Shown here piece after piece: positions 1 through 9,592 of a DNA stretch of 64,000 nucleotides. How positions within the stretch are numbered: position 1 is the first letter of the stretch; each line of letters opens with the position of its first letter. Position numbers and translations under genes: made by a program. The stretch is from a virus (Duplodnaviria > Caudoviricetes), in IMG/VR virus record IMGVR_UViG_3300005656_000005, positions 13,239-77,238 of that record. The stretch is one strand, 5' to 3'. The notes beneath the pieces were generated by a model. That model worked only from the letters and a program-made list of their open reading frames with translations, searched no databases and had not been told where the DNA came from.

Positions 1-2
1 CC

Positions 3-926
3 CCACCGTTTGTTTTGCATGGCATCGCAGTTATGAAATGTTATGTAGTTGGCATCACATCCGTTAGTACGAAAGCCATGCAGGGCAAAATTAACTTTGC
101 AGTTGGTTACCAATGAGAAATCAACACTACCGAATATAGGGTTGTTTGTGCTATCCCCCCCTGCACACCCTTCTAAATTTATCCCTACACCTGATGCCAA
201 TGGGATATATATATTATCTAAGATAACCTTGCAGCGAATGTCAATCAAATGCTTGTTGCTGTCTATTGGTTCAATGCTGTATGTATTTTTTAATTGCAGA
301 TTTCTAATTTCAGAAGTAAAATCATATTGGTATTCATGTATGGCAATGCCTGTTGTATTCCACGGGAAAGTAAGTATAGCTGATGGCAAAGTATATACTC
401 CACCACCACCTTTAATCTTTATGCTTTCAGTAAAAAATAAAGTATATGTAACTGCATATTCACCTGCCGGAAAATAAAGCCATTCAAAACTTTGTCTGTG
501 TGATAACAGATAATTCTTTGCGGCTGTTATTGCGTTCCAGTTCTCAATACCTGTACGGGCTGCACCTGCACCGTACCAACGTACATCCATATTAACACCC
601 GCCTGCCGCTTCCATTTATTGTTATTGGCATCTGCGAATATCATTCCGTTATCTGCTGCATCATTGCCCGAATAAGGAAAGAATGTACCGCCCCGAATTG
701 TGTCGTTTATAAACAATGCTGTTGCTGCGCCGTTGTAACTTCCAATGGCTTCAATGGTTGATAGTGTTGCTGATGATGCGCTGCCGGATGCTTGGTTGCT
801 GATCCGGGTAGAATCACCACCTATTTTCAGCCATAATTCTGTTCCGTTAATTACAAGTATTTTTGGTATTGTGTCCTGCGCTGTTAAGCACAACGGGAAC
901 AAAAGAATTATTAAGGCTGCTTTCAT
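3..926 (-). CDS. Partial (runs off left edge) signal-peptide-bearing pectate-lyase-superfamily beta-helix protein, tailspike/depolymerase-like; absent from the ORF track
   Basis: Hand translation from ATG at 926: MKAALIILLFPLCLTAQDTIPK...MDVRWYGAGAARTGIENWNAITAAKNYLL...WLYFPAGEYAV; VRWYGA...AI.AA...LYFPAGEY is the typical start of Pectate_lyase_3-type tailspike domains; no stop before the edge. Confidence 0.75.
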   Translation of the reverse strand, partial: MKAALIILLFPLCLTAQDTIPKILVINGTELWLKIGGDSTRISNQASGSASSATLSTIEAIGSYNGAATALFINDTIRGGTFFPYSGNDAADNGMIFADANNNKWKRQAGVNMDVRWYGAGAARTGIENWNAITAAKNYLLSHRQSFEWLYFPAGEYAVTYTLFFTESIKIKGGGGVYTLPSAILTFPWNTTGIAIHEYQYDFTSEIRNLQLKNTYSIEPIDSNKHLIDIRCKVILDNIYIPLASGVGINLEGCAGGDSTNNPIFGSVDFSLVTNCKVNFALHGFRTNGCDANYITFHNCDAMQNKRW

Positions 927-934
927 AAAATGTT

Positions 935-3793
935 TTACAATGATGTTATAGTTTCCCATGCGCTACCTGTATAAACACATAGCTTATGCAATGTGGTATC
1001 GTAAACAATCAACCCCTCTGCCGGGCTGCTGATTGCGTTTTTCTGTGTCGTGGTCATTCGTGGTGGCAGCCATCCTTTTGTTGTAGATGAACTTTCCATA
1101 ATTGCAGATGCCACCGGCGCAGCCGTACCGCCAACAAATACGCCGCTTGTTGTATTCATGGATATTGCTCCGTTTGCCGTTACCCTTAACGTACTGCTAC
1201 CTTCAATTATTCCCCAGCCAATTTGAATATTTGCAGTTTCATTCAATGCCAATATCTTCAATCCATGACTTCCTGTATTAGTAGGACTTTTAATCGTTAA
1301 GCCATGATTTGCGTCTATGGTTGTTGGTGCAAGGATACCAACACCGCCAACATCATTTATACGCATGGCACGAATAGCCCCGTTATTACCCACAAGGAAA
1401 TCCATAAACGAACCTGTTGTACCTGCGCCTGTTGTTGTCTGAAAATTTAAATCGGCTGTTGTGGAAGTACCTCCGATAACCAACGGTACAAAAGCACTTG
1501 TACCCAAATAAGCAGTCCTCCACATTAAAGAAGCACTACCCAAATCATCTGTATTATCTGCATCACTTATAAGGCTTGTATTTATTTCTGTTGGAACGGC
1601 AAGGTTTGAAAGGGCTGTGTTTGCCTTACCGTCAATCTGTGTTTGAATAGCACTCGTAACCCCCTTAACATAACTTAATTCAGTTAATGATGGATAAGTA
1701 GCAACTGCCAATGAACCAATAGAAGATGCCCCTGTACCATATACAAGTTCATTAGTTGTAAGCGTACCTGTTATAGTTCCTGTACCTGTTGCAGTTAATT
1801 CCCCACCTGATAAAGATAAACCACTACCTACTGTTATGTAGCCTACGTGACCCCTATCTACTCCGGCTGTTTCAACCCATCCCATTAATGTATTTTGGGC
1901 TGTGTTGTTGGTGAGTGTGTCAATGTCTAAATGCCCTAACCCCGGATTAATTGATATTGAATCTTCATAAATTGCTAAATTACTAAACCTTGTACTGCCC
2001 GCTTCAAAATTTATATAGTCTGCCAATGTAATCTCAAAAAGGTTCCCATCCGCATCTACAGTATTATCAGTCGTCAACGTACTTCCTGCTGTAAGTGTTT
2101 GTTGCCATGTGGGGGTAGAGCCGACAACTGAACCTTCAATAATATTCCCACTTGCATCTACTTGTAGGGCATAGGTTGGCGTTCCTGTATATGAACCTAC
2201 TCCATATCCTCTTGCATTTAATGAACCCTTCAACAGTGTTGAGGTTACATTGTCATTACCCAATACAACCTGATTGCTTGCAAAGCCTCTCGCATCATAA
2301 CCAATAACAGTCATATTTTGTAAAGATGTTGTATATGGTATGCTGCTATCACGAGAAGCATTACTGCCTAAAAAAGTAACTGCTGTATCATATATGCTTG
2401 CAAAATTTGGGTAAGTATCTCCTAAGTGATAGCCTGCCCTGCTTCCAATAGCAGTATTCTTATAACCCATGTGCTTAACACCTAAAGCGTATAACCCCCA
2501 CAATGTAGAATCTCCGATGGCAGTATTATGAGTTCCATCACTCCAGTATAACGCATCTAATCCTACTCCTACATTATGGTCACCGACAATGTTACCGTAC
2601 AAAGCATCAAACCCAACTCCTACATTAGCAAACCCTGTTGTATTAGTCCACATAGTTCTCCCGCCGATTGCTGTATTTCTTGTACCTGTTGTATTGAATT
2701 GAAGTGTGCTAAATCCAAGAGCTGTATTTCTCCATCCAGTTGTATTCCAAAACATAGAAAGCGAACCAACTGATGTGTTATCATAACCAGTTGTGTTTCT
2801 TTGAAAACTGTATGCACCAATAGTTGTATTTTCATATCCTGTTGTATTAGTATTGCCGTTCCATGCCCCTATTGCTACATTTCGATAACCAGTTGTGTTT
2901 GAATACAAAGATGAATCTCCTATACCTAAATTACCAGTACCGTAAGGCCCTGTACTGCCTGTCAATGTAAAGTTTCCACTTTTTCTACCTATAAATAAAT
3001 TACGACCAGTTTGCGAAAAATTCGCTCCGGGTAAAGAAAAATCGTGAATAAACCTATCTGAACCTTTAAAAATTACACCAACTGTACTATCTACTGTTGC
3101 CGGTATATTTATTCCGCCAGTTGAAAATAACCTTAACTGTTCAGCGTTATTAGTTTTTATAATTAAATCATTCGCATTGGTTGTACCAAGAAATTTACCA
3201 CTTGCATTATTATTTCCGTCTAATGACCAGGCAGAATCGGAAACAACAATAGGTGTACCACCCCCACCGCTATATTGAGTTAACCTATTTCCGTTACTTG
3301 GGTCATAGCCCAACCCTACTGTTGTGCCACTTTCTGCCAATATCCCTGTACTATCTAATATAAGTCTTGTCAAGGCTCTTGTTTTGAATAAAATACTATT
3401 GCCACTAAGTGTTCCAAATGTTAGATCATCTACATCATTAGCCCAAGTATTTCCTACAGTCAACCATCCTACATCCCCTGTACTGCCTCCTGACGGAAGT
3501 AGTTGAACCCATTTTTGTATAGCTAAATACCGATACCAAATTGCTACTATTGGTGTTGTGGTTTTTATCATAGCCCCGTCATACCATTTAATATACAGAT
3601 TAGCATTTGCGGCTGTTGTATCAGTATATGTTGGAAGTATAAGTCCGACTGTTGGTTTTACTCCACCGTTAATTGTATATAAAAAATTATTGGCATTAGG
3701 ATTACCAATACTCCCATTAACGGGGAATAATACTTGTGCCTTTACAGAAAACATTAAGGCAATTAGTATTGATATTAAAAATAATTTTTTCAT
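935..3793 (-). CDS. Signal-peptide-bearing tail-fibre/adhesin-like repeat protein
   Basis: N-terminus MKKLFLISILIALMFSVKA|Q; central 17-aa NTTG..N.AIG repeats; C-terminal KGWLPPRMTTTQKNAISSPAEGLIVYDTT...W motif common in Bacteroidota fibre-like proteins. Confidence 0.7.
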   Translation of the reverse strand: MKKLFLISILIALMFSVKAQVLFPVNGSIGNPNANNFLYTINGGVKPTVGLILPTYTDTTAANANLYIKWYDGAMIKTTTPIVAIWYRYLAIQKWVQLLPSGGSTGDVGWLTVGNTWANDVDDLTFGTLSGNSILFKTRALTRLILDSTGILAESGTTVGLGYDPSNGNRLTQYSGGGGTPIVVSDSAWSLDGNNNASGKFLGTTNANDLIIKTNNAEQLRLFSTGGINIPATVDSTVGVIFKGSDRFIHDFSLPGANFSQTGRNLFIGRKSGNFTLTGSTGPYGTGNLGIGDSSLYSNTTGYRNVAIGAWNGNTNTTGYENTTIGAYSFQRNTTGYDNTSVGSLSMFWNTTGWRNTALGFSTLQFNTTGTRNTAIGGRTMWTNTTGFANVGVGFDALYGNIVGDHNVGVGLDALYWSDGTHNTAIGDSTLWGLYALGVKHMGYKNTAIGSRAGYHLGDTYPNFASIYDTAVTFLGSNASRDSSIPYTTSLQNMTVIGYDARGFASNQVVLGNDNVTSTLLKGSLNARGYGVGSYTGTPTYALQVDASGNIIEGSVVGSTPTWQQTLTAGSTLTTDNTVDADGNLFEITLADYINFEAGSTRFSNLAIYEDSISINPGLGHLDIDTLTNNTAQNTLMGWVETAGVDRGHVGYITVGSGLSLSGGELTATGTGTITGTLTTNELVYGTGASSIGSLAVATYPSLTELSYVKGVTSAIQTQIDGKANTALSNLAVPTEINTSLISDADNTDDLGSASLMWRTAYLGTSAFVPLVIGGTSTTADLNFQTTTGAGTTGSFMDFLVGNNGAIRAMRINDVGGVGILAPTTIDANHGLTIKSPTNTGSHGLKILALNETANIQIGWGIIEGSSTLRVTANGAISMNTTSGVFVGGTAAPVASAIMESSSTTKGWLPPRMTTTQKNAISSPAEGLIVYDTTLHKLCVYTGSAWETITSL
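2545..2899 (-). repeat. About 7 tandem 17-aa (51-bp) repeats, consensus NTTG(Y/W)xNxA(I/V)G, in the fibre gene
   Basis: NTTGYRNVAIGAWNGNT/NTTGYENTTIGAYSFQR/NTTGYDNTSVGSLSMFW/NTTGWRNTALGFSTLQF/NTTGTRNTAIGGRTMWT/NTTGFANVGVGFDALYG/NIVGDHNVGVG. Confidence 0.85.
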
Positions 3794-3814
3794 AGTTAAA
3801 TATGTTTTATAGTC

Positions 3815-4174
3815 TTATGCTAAGACTATTGGTTCGATGTCTGTTTGGTTAATGTCCCCAACTAAATCTACTGATAAAGAAATCACATTTGGCACTTCCG
3901 CCCAGGCTCTTATAGATTCATCTGTGCTTATTATTCTATCAGTAACCTCAATTGTTATGGTATCATTTGCAGGAACGGTGGCAAAACTTAAAACTGCTCC
4001 GGCAATAAATAATCCACTTGGTACAACAAACCCTAAATGCACTTTTACATCCGTATTCGATGTATTACAAAGGGTAATATTTACAGCTTTGACCTCTGAA
4101 CCATACAGATCATTCCAGTTATAGAATATCTCTGTTTCGGTATTCGGTAATAATGTTTTTACGGTTGCTGCCAT
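3815..4174 (-). CDS. Hypothetical beta-rich protein, probably virion-associated
   Basis: 119-aa ORF co-oriented between terminase and fibre genes; no recognised motif. Confidence 0.55.
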   Translation of the reverse strand: MAATVKTLLPNTETEIFYNWNDLYGSEVKAVNITLCNTSNTDVKVHLGFVVPSGLFIAGAVLSFATVPANDTITIEVTDRIISTDESIRAWAEVPNVISLSVDLVGDINQTDIEPIVLA

Positions 4175-4205
4175 TGACTTTTAATAAATTACATAAATAT
4201 AAGAA

Positions 4206-6206
4206 TTATCCACACAAAAACGATAAAACGCCTCCTAATTCTGGGTTCTTTTTTCTCACCTTCCTGTTCATTATCTTCATTGCCCCGATTAAGGCTTGTC
4301 CCCATGCCATTGTAAGGTCATTTTTATGCGTATCTTTTTTATTGAATTTCAGCATATCTTCTAACAATGGCAAGAACCAATTTTGTTCTAAATGGTACTT
4401 ATCTCCTTCGTGCAATGGAGTATTTGTAATGCTATTTAATAGCATTATCATTTCATCCATAAAAGCATTTTTACCTCCACTTGGAGCATCACCTTTTACC
4501 AATGAGTTTTGTGGCAACCCTATTTTGGATAACATCCAATCAATGTAACCCCTGTCTTGAAAGTAATCTACAATGTTTGAGTTCTTATTTTCTACCTGAA
4601 CCATAGCCCTGTTAAATACTGCGGCTTTTATTGCATCTTCATAAAATATTTCAGGGTGGCTTGGCCGGTTACTGTAAATCATTGTTGGGCATTTATAAAT
4701 ACCCGTTTCAAAAAAGTCTAAGAACTTATGATTTACCATTGCTCCATTTGAAAGCCTGTTACCTGATGTGTGTCTTTTATCATAGGGGTCAATGCCCAAT
4801 GAATTACCAACTATTATTGGCGGCATTGGGATTCCATCACTATCTCTTTTTAACGGGTCTTTTTCATGCTCTAAAGGGATATAGCTGTAACATACTCTTG
4901 CGTTATCAACATTAAATTCTGTGGCATCTGACATCCTCCAAACCACTTCTGAATCAACTACTCCATCCTTCCATTCGTGAATACCGTAAACCGTAATTGG
5001 TTCATTTGTTTTTGTGTCTTTTACTTTACTTCCTAAAAGAAGGATATTTCTTTCAGCTATACCTTCTGTATTATCCCAAATTCTTACCTGATCTGTACTG
5101 CCAAACATCTCATGCTCATTAAGCGGCAAAGCCCTTATTTCACTCATTAAAAACTCTTTTGGAATAGATTTCCTGTCCTGCATTATTTTTGCATAAATAT
5201 CCTCTGCATCTGCATCACCCCATTTATCATACATACCTTCAATTCCTTCCAATGGATTTGAATAATATCTGAATACTCTTGTTTTAGTTGAACCGGCCTC
5301 TGTTAATTCATCCGGGTTACTACCCTTCCAAAATTCAAAGGCTTCATCATTATGCTTTCCTGATGTATCTGCGGGAGAAGAAAATATATCAAATATTCCT
5401 TTTCGTTCTGTTCCAGGTGCAATGAATTTCTGATAGTTTAAGAACGTAGCGTAAAAACTACATTCCTCCCATTTATTCACTTCATCCAATACGCACCTTC
5501 GCATATTATTCATGGAATCAAATACATTGTGTCCTGATGCTCCATAAGTAAGTAAAATATCCCTGCCCTGATGGGTGTCGGTAGCCGTACTTACAAATTT
5601 CATTTTTTCAGCGATCTTATCCCCACTGGCAAAATCGGCAAACAGAATATCCTTTACCCATTTATCCATACTGTTCCATCCCATTGTTAAAACTCTCCAG
5701 CATGAGTTCATAACAGTATCCCTTGTCTTTGATTGAATACCTACTGATGCAAAGTCCATATTACCTATGGCTGATTCCCAAAGCACATCACTCATGCTTA
5801 TGGTTGTTTCACCGTCCTGCCGGTTTTTGATTGTATAACTTCCTATGGCTCTTGGATTATTTCTTACCCTTAGTTTATGGTAAACCTGCTTTAATCTTTT
5901 CAATCTAAATTCAGGATAACCAGATCCCATTCTGAAATTCTGTAAAAAAAAGTAATAGGATGGTGGCAACCAAACAGGCATCTCTTTTATGAAAATCCAA
6001 ACTCCTGTCTTTAATATTCTGGTTACTTCCTGCTGCTTGTATCTTTCTGTAACTACATCCGGCACTACCCTTTTCCAAACACATTCTTCCGGTGGTTTAT
6101 CCCAATTAATTATTTCCTCCAATCTTGTAGGCGCAGTTTTCCAAACATCCTTGTAGTCAAGGATATTGAATTTAACTTTAAAGCCTGTTATTGGGTCTGC
6201 TTTCAT
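4206..6206 (-). CDS. terL: Terminase large subunit (crAss-like type)
   Basis: KNRQDGET deviant Walker A, RCVLDEVNKW Walker B, C-terminal nuclease SLGIDPYDK...SNGA and late ND..MAWG; adjacent to the portal candidate. Confidence 0.88.
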   Translation of the reverse strand: MKADPITGFKVKFNILDYKDVWKTAPTRLEEIINWDKPPEECVWKRVVPDVVTERYKQQEVTRILKTGVWIFIKEMPVWLPPSYYFFLQNFRMGSGYPEFRLKRLKQVYHKLRVRNNPRAIGSYTIKNRQDGETTISMSDVLWESAIGNMDFASVGIQSKTRDTVMNSCWRVLTMGWNSMDKWVKDILFADFASGDKIAEKMKFVSTATDTHQGRDILLTYGASGHNVFDSMNNMRRCVLDEVNKWEECSFYATFLNYQKFIAPGTERKGIFDIFSSPADTSGKHNDEAFEFWKGSNPDELTEAGSTKTRVFRYYSNPLEGIEGMYDKWGDADAEDIYAKIMQDRKSIPKEFLMSEIRALPLNEHEMFGSTDQVRIWDNTEGIAERNILLLGSKVKDTKTNEPITVYGIHEWKDGVVDSEVVWRMSDATEFNVDNARVCYSYIPLEHEKDPLKRDSDGIPMPPIIVGNSLGIDPYDKRHTSGNRLSNGAMVNHKFLDFFETGIYKCPTMIYSNRPSHPEIFYEDAIKAAVFNRAMVQVENKNSNIVDYFQDRGYIDWMLSKIGLPQNSLVKGDAPSGGKNAFMDEMIMLLNSITNTPLHEGDKYHLEQNWFLPLLEDMLKFNKKDTHKNDLTMAWGQALIGAMKIMNRKVRKKNPELGGVLSFLCG

Positions 6207-6544
6207 TAATCGGAACCTGTTTTTGGAATTGATGTAACTATTTTACCAACGCTACTTTGCATCTCAATTATCTTTGCCCATATTTCCTGGTTGCTGTGTA
6301 CCTTTTCATTACCTGTTTTGCCTGTCAACTGGTTATTCAAATCCTCTACATATTTTAAACGTGCTTTCAGGTTTTTTAAAAACTTCATTTCATCCCTGTT
6401 TAATTCTTCCTGTAAAGCAATTTCTTCCGGGCTTTTATCACTGGTGTCCTGAATAAGTAATTTTTCCAGATACTTTAATTCCCTTTCAACAAAAAGTTCT
6501 TTAAACTCCTGTATCAATTCTTCTGCTGTTTTTTTTCTTGCCAT
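6206..6544 (-). CDS. Probable terminase small subunit (helical, coiled-coil)
   Basis: 112 aa, directly upstream of terL with TAATG overlap; positional inference only. Confidence 0.45.
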   Translation of the reverse strand: MARKKTAEELIQEFKELFVERELKYLEKLLIQDTSDKSPEEIALQEELNRDEMKFLKNLKARLKYVEDLNNQLTGKTGNEKVHSNQEIWAKIIEMQSSVGKIVTSIPKTGSD

Positions 6545-6546
6545 TG

Positions 6547-8877
6547 TTATTGAGCCTGTAAAGCATTTTGTTGTTGAAGATTATTTTTAACAGTAAGGGT
6601 TTCAATGTTCTTATCTGTCTGCGCTTTATTCCTGTCTTTCTGTAATTGATTTTTTATCAGCCCTTCCATTTGAATTTCGCTCATACCTAACTGTCCTGCT
6701 AACTGTGTTATCTGTGCCTGTACAGTTCCTTTGGCATAGGTGTTTTTAATATTTCCTTCTGCTTCTGCCGCTTTAGATGCGACTTGGTTTTCTCCCTGCT
6801 GCTTAATCAATTCCTGTGATTGCTCAAATTGCTGCTGCCTTATTTCATCGGCACGTTTTTTAAATTGCTGCTCTTTAACTGCAATAAATGCCCATTGGTC
6901 TTTCGGATTAGCAATGTTATTAACCATAAATGAATCGGATGCTGATAATACACCGGCCTGTTCTAATTGTGTCAGTTTATTTTTGAATAACTGCCTTTCT
7001 TCTTCACGCTGTTTTATTTTTACAAATACTCCTATTTCATGCAGTGGTGCATCCTTTAACCCGTCAATAACACTTACTTTTTTTGCGCCAATTACATTTT
7101 CAATAGCTTTTTTGGGTTTTCCTCCTTTTCTGATCGCATCCTGAACAATACTTGCCCATGTTGAAAATAATGCTTGCATCTGAAACTCTACGCCTTCGTT
7201 ACAATAATGAAGTGCGTTTATACTTGCATTGATAAGTAGTTTCTGCAATCCTATTAAACCTTCTTCATTTGCACTTTGTCCAGTAAGTTGTTGGTTAACT
7301 CCTGTGATACGGGAAATATTTATATTGGCTGCTGCAATGATATTCATGTACCCGATTATTTCTGATTTTAAACCTCCGGGTATATCAATAAACGGTTTAA
7401 ACTGACCATCATTTTTACCATCAAACCCTTCGGTATCTCCAAGCATAATATTCTGTTCCCATGCAAGGGTTAAAAGCCTTTCCATTGTCCAGTCATTTGC
7501 ATCATCTTTAAGGCTTTCTAAAGCACTACGCATATACCTTAAATCAAAATAACCTCCACCTGGTTTTGACATGATAACTGCGTGTTGCAATTTAATATCT
7601 GCTATCTGTGCTTTTTTATTTTCACCTATTGATAATTCAACAGCACTTTTTTCCTGACTTTTATAAATGTTGGTAGAAAAGTTTTGATAGCTTTCTTTAC
7701 CCTTTGTTCTTTGTGAATATGGCAGTTTGTGCATACCAAATACTTTTTCTGTATTTTGCAGCCACCAGAAACCGTATGTATTTTGCGCCCATATTTTTTC
7801 TGTTGCTTTATCCGGGTCTGTTGTGAATGTAGAAAACCTGCTATTCTTTCTTTTGCTTATGCCAATCCAATCAATTGTTTTTACTTCCACATACAGCAAA
7901 TTCATTTTCCATGTATCCCAATTATTTCTTGGCTGCTTTTCAATTTTATTACAAAAGCAATATCCCCATTGAGCATTATTTATTAGTTCTTCCAATTCTT
8001 TTTCACTCCCGATTTCACTTCCGAAATAATCAAATAACTGCATTGGCGTAACTGCCTTTGGAATTATCCTGTGGGTATTATCTGAATAGTCCGGCAACTC
8101 ACTGTATGGTGTAAGTACCGAACCTGGATATTCGTATTCGGCATCCGGCAATCCTGTCAAATCATTTTCATAAGCACTATGGCATGAAACCCCGTATTTC
8201 ATGTGGTCTTTAATCTCCATCAACTTTAACTGGTTTATCTTTTTAAGTTCTTTAAAATATTCCAGTATTGTTTCAAATGCGGTTTCAATTTTTAATGAAT
8301 AAATCAGGTTGATAAATATATCAAGTTCGTCATTATTGGTTAAGTCCAAACCGAATGGGCTATCTGAAAATTCTACCGAAGCGTTTTCGGTAGTGCCTAA
8401 ATCTACCTTACCTAAATTCAACCTGTCCTGTACATCCTGTAATTCCAATTCAACTGCTGCCTTATTCTTTAAAAAGTTTACATCACTTTGTTTCTTTTCA
8501 ATAGCCAACGGATCTACAGCAACGCATGATATTTCAATGGGTATTTTTTGAATGATAGAAATTGCGCTATTTAATTTCTCTGGTATAAGCGGGTAACAAT
8601 AATAATCAATGCCTATGGCTGTTCTTTTATTCTCCAATGTATTTGCATTGGAGTTTTGCAATAGCCGCTTTTGTTCTGACTTGAAAATCTTTTTAAATGG
8701 AAGCAGGTCAAATTCCCCTGCTGCATATTGCTCAATTTCACGTACATTTTTCCCTTCCAGTAAAGAAAATGTAGCAGTATTATGCCAGTAGTAATTAATT
8801 ACAGAAAGTGCAAAATCTTTACCAGAAACCTTATCAAGCGGGTTTAAAAAGTGAAATGACGGAATGAAATTTGCCAT
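6547..8877 (-). CDS. Portal protein (crAss-like)
   Basis: 776 aa, largely helical; YPLIPEKLNSAISII segment, TGVNQQLTGQS wing-like segment and long Q/E/K-rich C-terminal coil resemble crAss-like portals; next to the terminase genes. Confidence 0.78.
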   Translation of the reverse strand: MANFIPSFHFLNPLDKVSGKDFALSVINYYWHNTATFSLLEGKNVREIEQYAAGEFDLLPFKKIFKSEQKRLLQNSNANTLENKRTAIGIDYYCYPLIPEKLNSAISIIQKIPIEISCVAVDPLAIEKKQSDVNFLKNKAAVELELQDVQDRLNLGKVDLGTTENASVEFSDSPFGLDLTNNDELDIFINLIYSLKIETAFETILEYFKELKKINQLKLMEIKDHMKYGVSCHSAYENDLTGLPDAEYEYPGSVLTPYSELPDYSDNTHRIIPKAVTPMQLFDYFGSEIGSEKELEELINNAQWGYCFCNKIEKQPRNNWDTWKMNLLYVEVKTIDWIGISKRKNSRFSTFTTDPDKATEKIWAQNTYGFWWLQNTEKVFGMHKLPYSQRTKGKESYQNFSTNIYKSQEKSAVELSIGENKKAQIADIKLQHAVIMSKPGGGYFDLRYMRSALESLKDDANDWTMERLLTLAWEQNIMLGDTEGFDGKNDGQFKPFIDIPGGLKSEIIGYMNIIAAANINISRITGVNQQLTGQSANEEGLIGLQKLLINASINALHYCNEGVEFQMQALFSTWASIVQDAIRKGGKPKKAIENVIGAKKVSVIDGLKDAPLHEIGVFVKIKQREEERQLFKNKLTQLEQAGVLSASDSFMVNNIANPKDQWAFIAVKEQQFKKRADEIRQQQFEQSQELIKQQGENQVASKAAEAEGNIKNTYAKGTVQAQITQLAGQLGMSEIQMEGLIKNQLQKDRNKAQTDKNIETLTVKNNLQQQNALQAQ

Positions 8878-8889
8878 GATTTTTATAGT

Positions 8890-9582
8890 TTAACTTGCTT
8901 TTTGTTTAATTATATTTTTTGTCCTAATTGGTTTTTCAAATATATCTTTTACATTCCACCCTTGCTTATACCTATCACGTATAACATTAACGTCAATATT
9001 TAATATTTCAGCCCATTTAGATGTATTGTTCTTTTGACCTTTATATGATATAAGTATAGCATTTTTTCTATACTGCATATTTTCTTTTCTCGTTAAAAAG
9101 CAACAATACTTTGGAGAGTATATTTTGCCTGTTTTATTTGGGGATAACTTATCTTTATCAAGCTGTAATCCAGGTTTCCACCCATTTGCTACCGCCCAAT
9201 TATAAAATGCCATGCAAGATTCTCTCCATTCTTTACAAACTGTAACCCCATTACCTCCATAATTTTTATACCCAATACTTTTTTCCCTATAGCATCTGCT
9301 AATCATATTATTCCATACCGAAAACAAAGGGTGTTTATTAAGGCCATGCTGAAAATTGGCGGGGTTCTTTTCGTTTTTAGCCAATACCATTTCTATTCTT
9401 TTGCACCCACAAGACTTAGTACTACCGCTTGTTAAATGACCTAATTGGTAATTCTTTATTACCCCACAATCACAAACTGCAATTACATAAACTCTACCGT
9501 TTATCTTTTCAGTTAACCCAGTTATTGTAAGCCGATTAAACCGATTACCTATTAATTCTTGTTCTTTTAATACTTTGGGCAT
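8890..9582 (-). CDS. Phage HNH-family (homing) endonuclease
   Basis: IGNRFNRLT...CDCG...TKSCGC...HGL..HPLFSVWNNMISRC...YKNYGGNGVTVCKEW pattern. Confidence 0.82.
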   Translation of the reverse strand: MPKVLKEQELIGNRFNRLTITGLTEKINGRVYVIAVCDCGVIKNYQLGHLTSGSTKSCGCKRIEMVLAKNEKNPANFQHGLNKHPLFSVWNNMISRCYREKSIGYKNYGGNGVTVCKEWRESCMAFYNWAVANGWKPGLQLDKDKLSPNKTGKIYSPKYCCFLTRKENMQYRKNAILISYKGQKNNTSKWAEILNIDVNVIRDRYKQGWNVKDIFEKPIRTKNIIKQKAS

Positions 9583-9592
9583 ACCTTATATT

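Noticed and set aside
49-477. Plus-strand ORFs of the track opposite the long minus-strand genes (e.g. 49-477, 4153-4548, 11479-11961, 24007-24576, 37091-37474)
   Set aside because: Antisense shadows of real genes with no motifs or start context
4206-6206. TerL Walker A reads RQDGET (Glu where GKT has Lys), suggesting an inactive terminase
   Set aside because: An upstream Lys (KNRQxGxT) matches the known deviant Walker A of many terminases, including crAss-like ones
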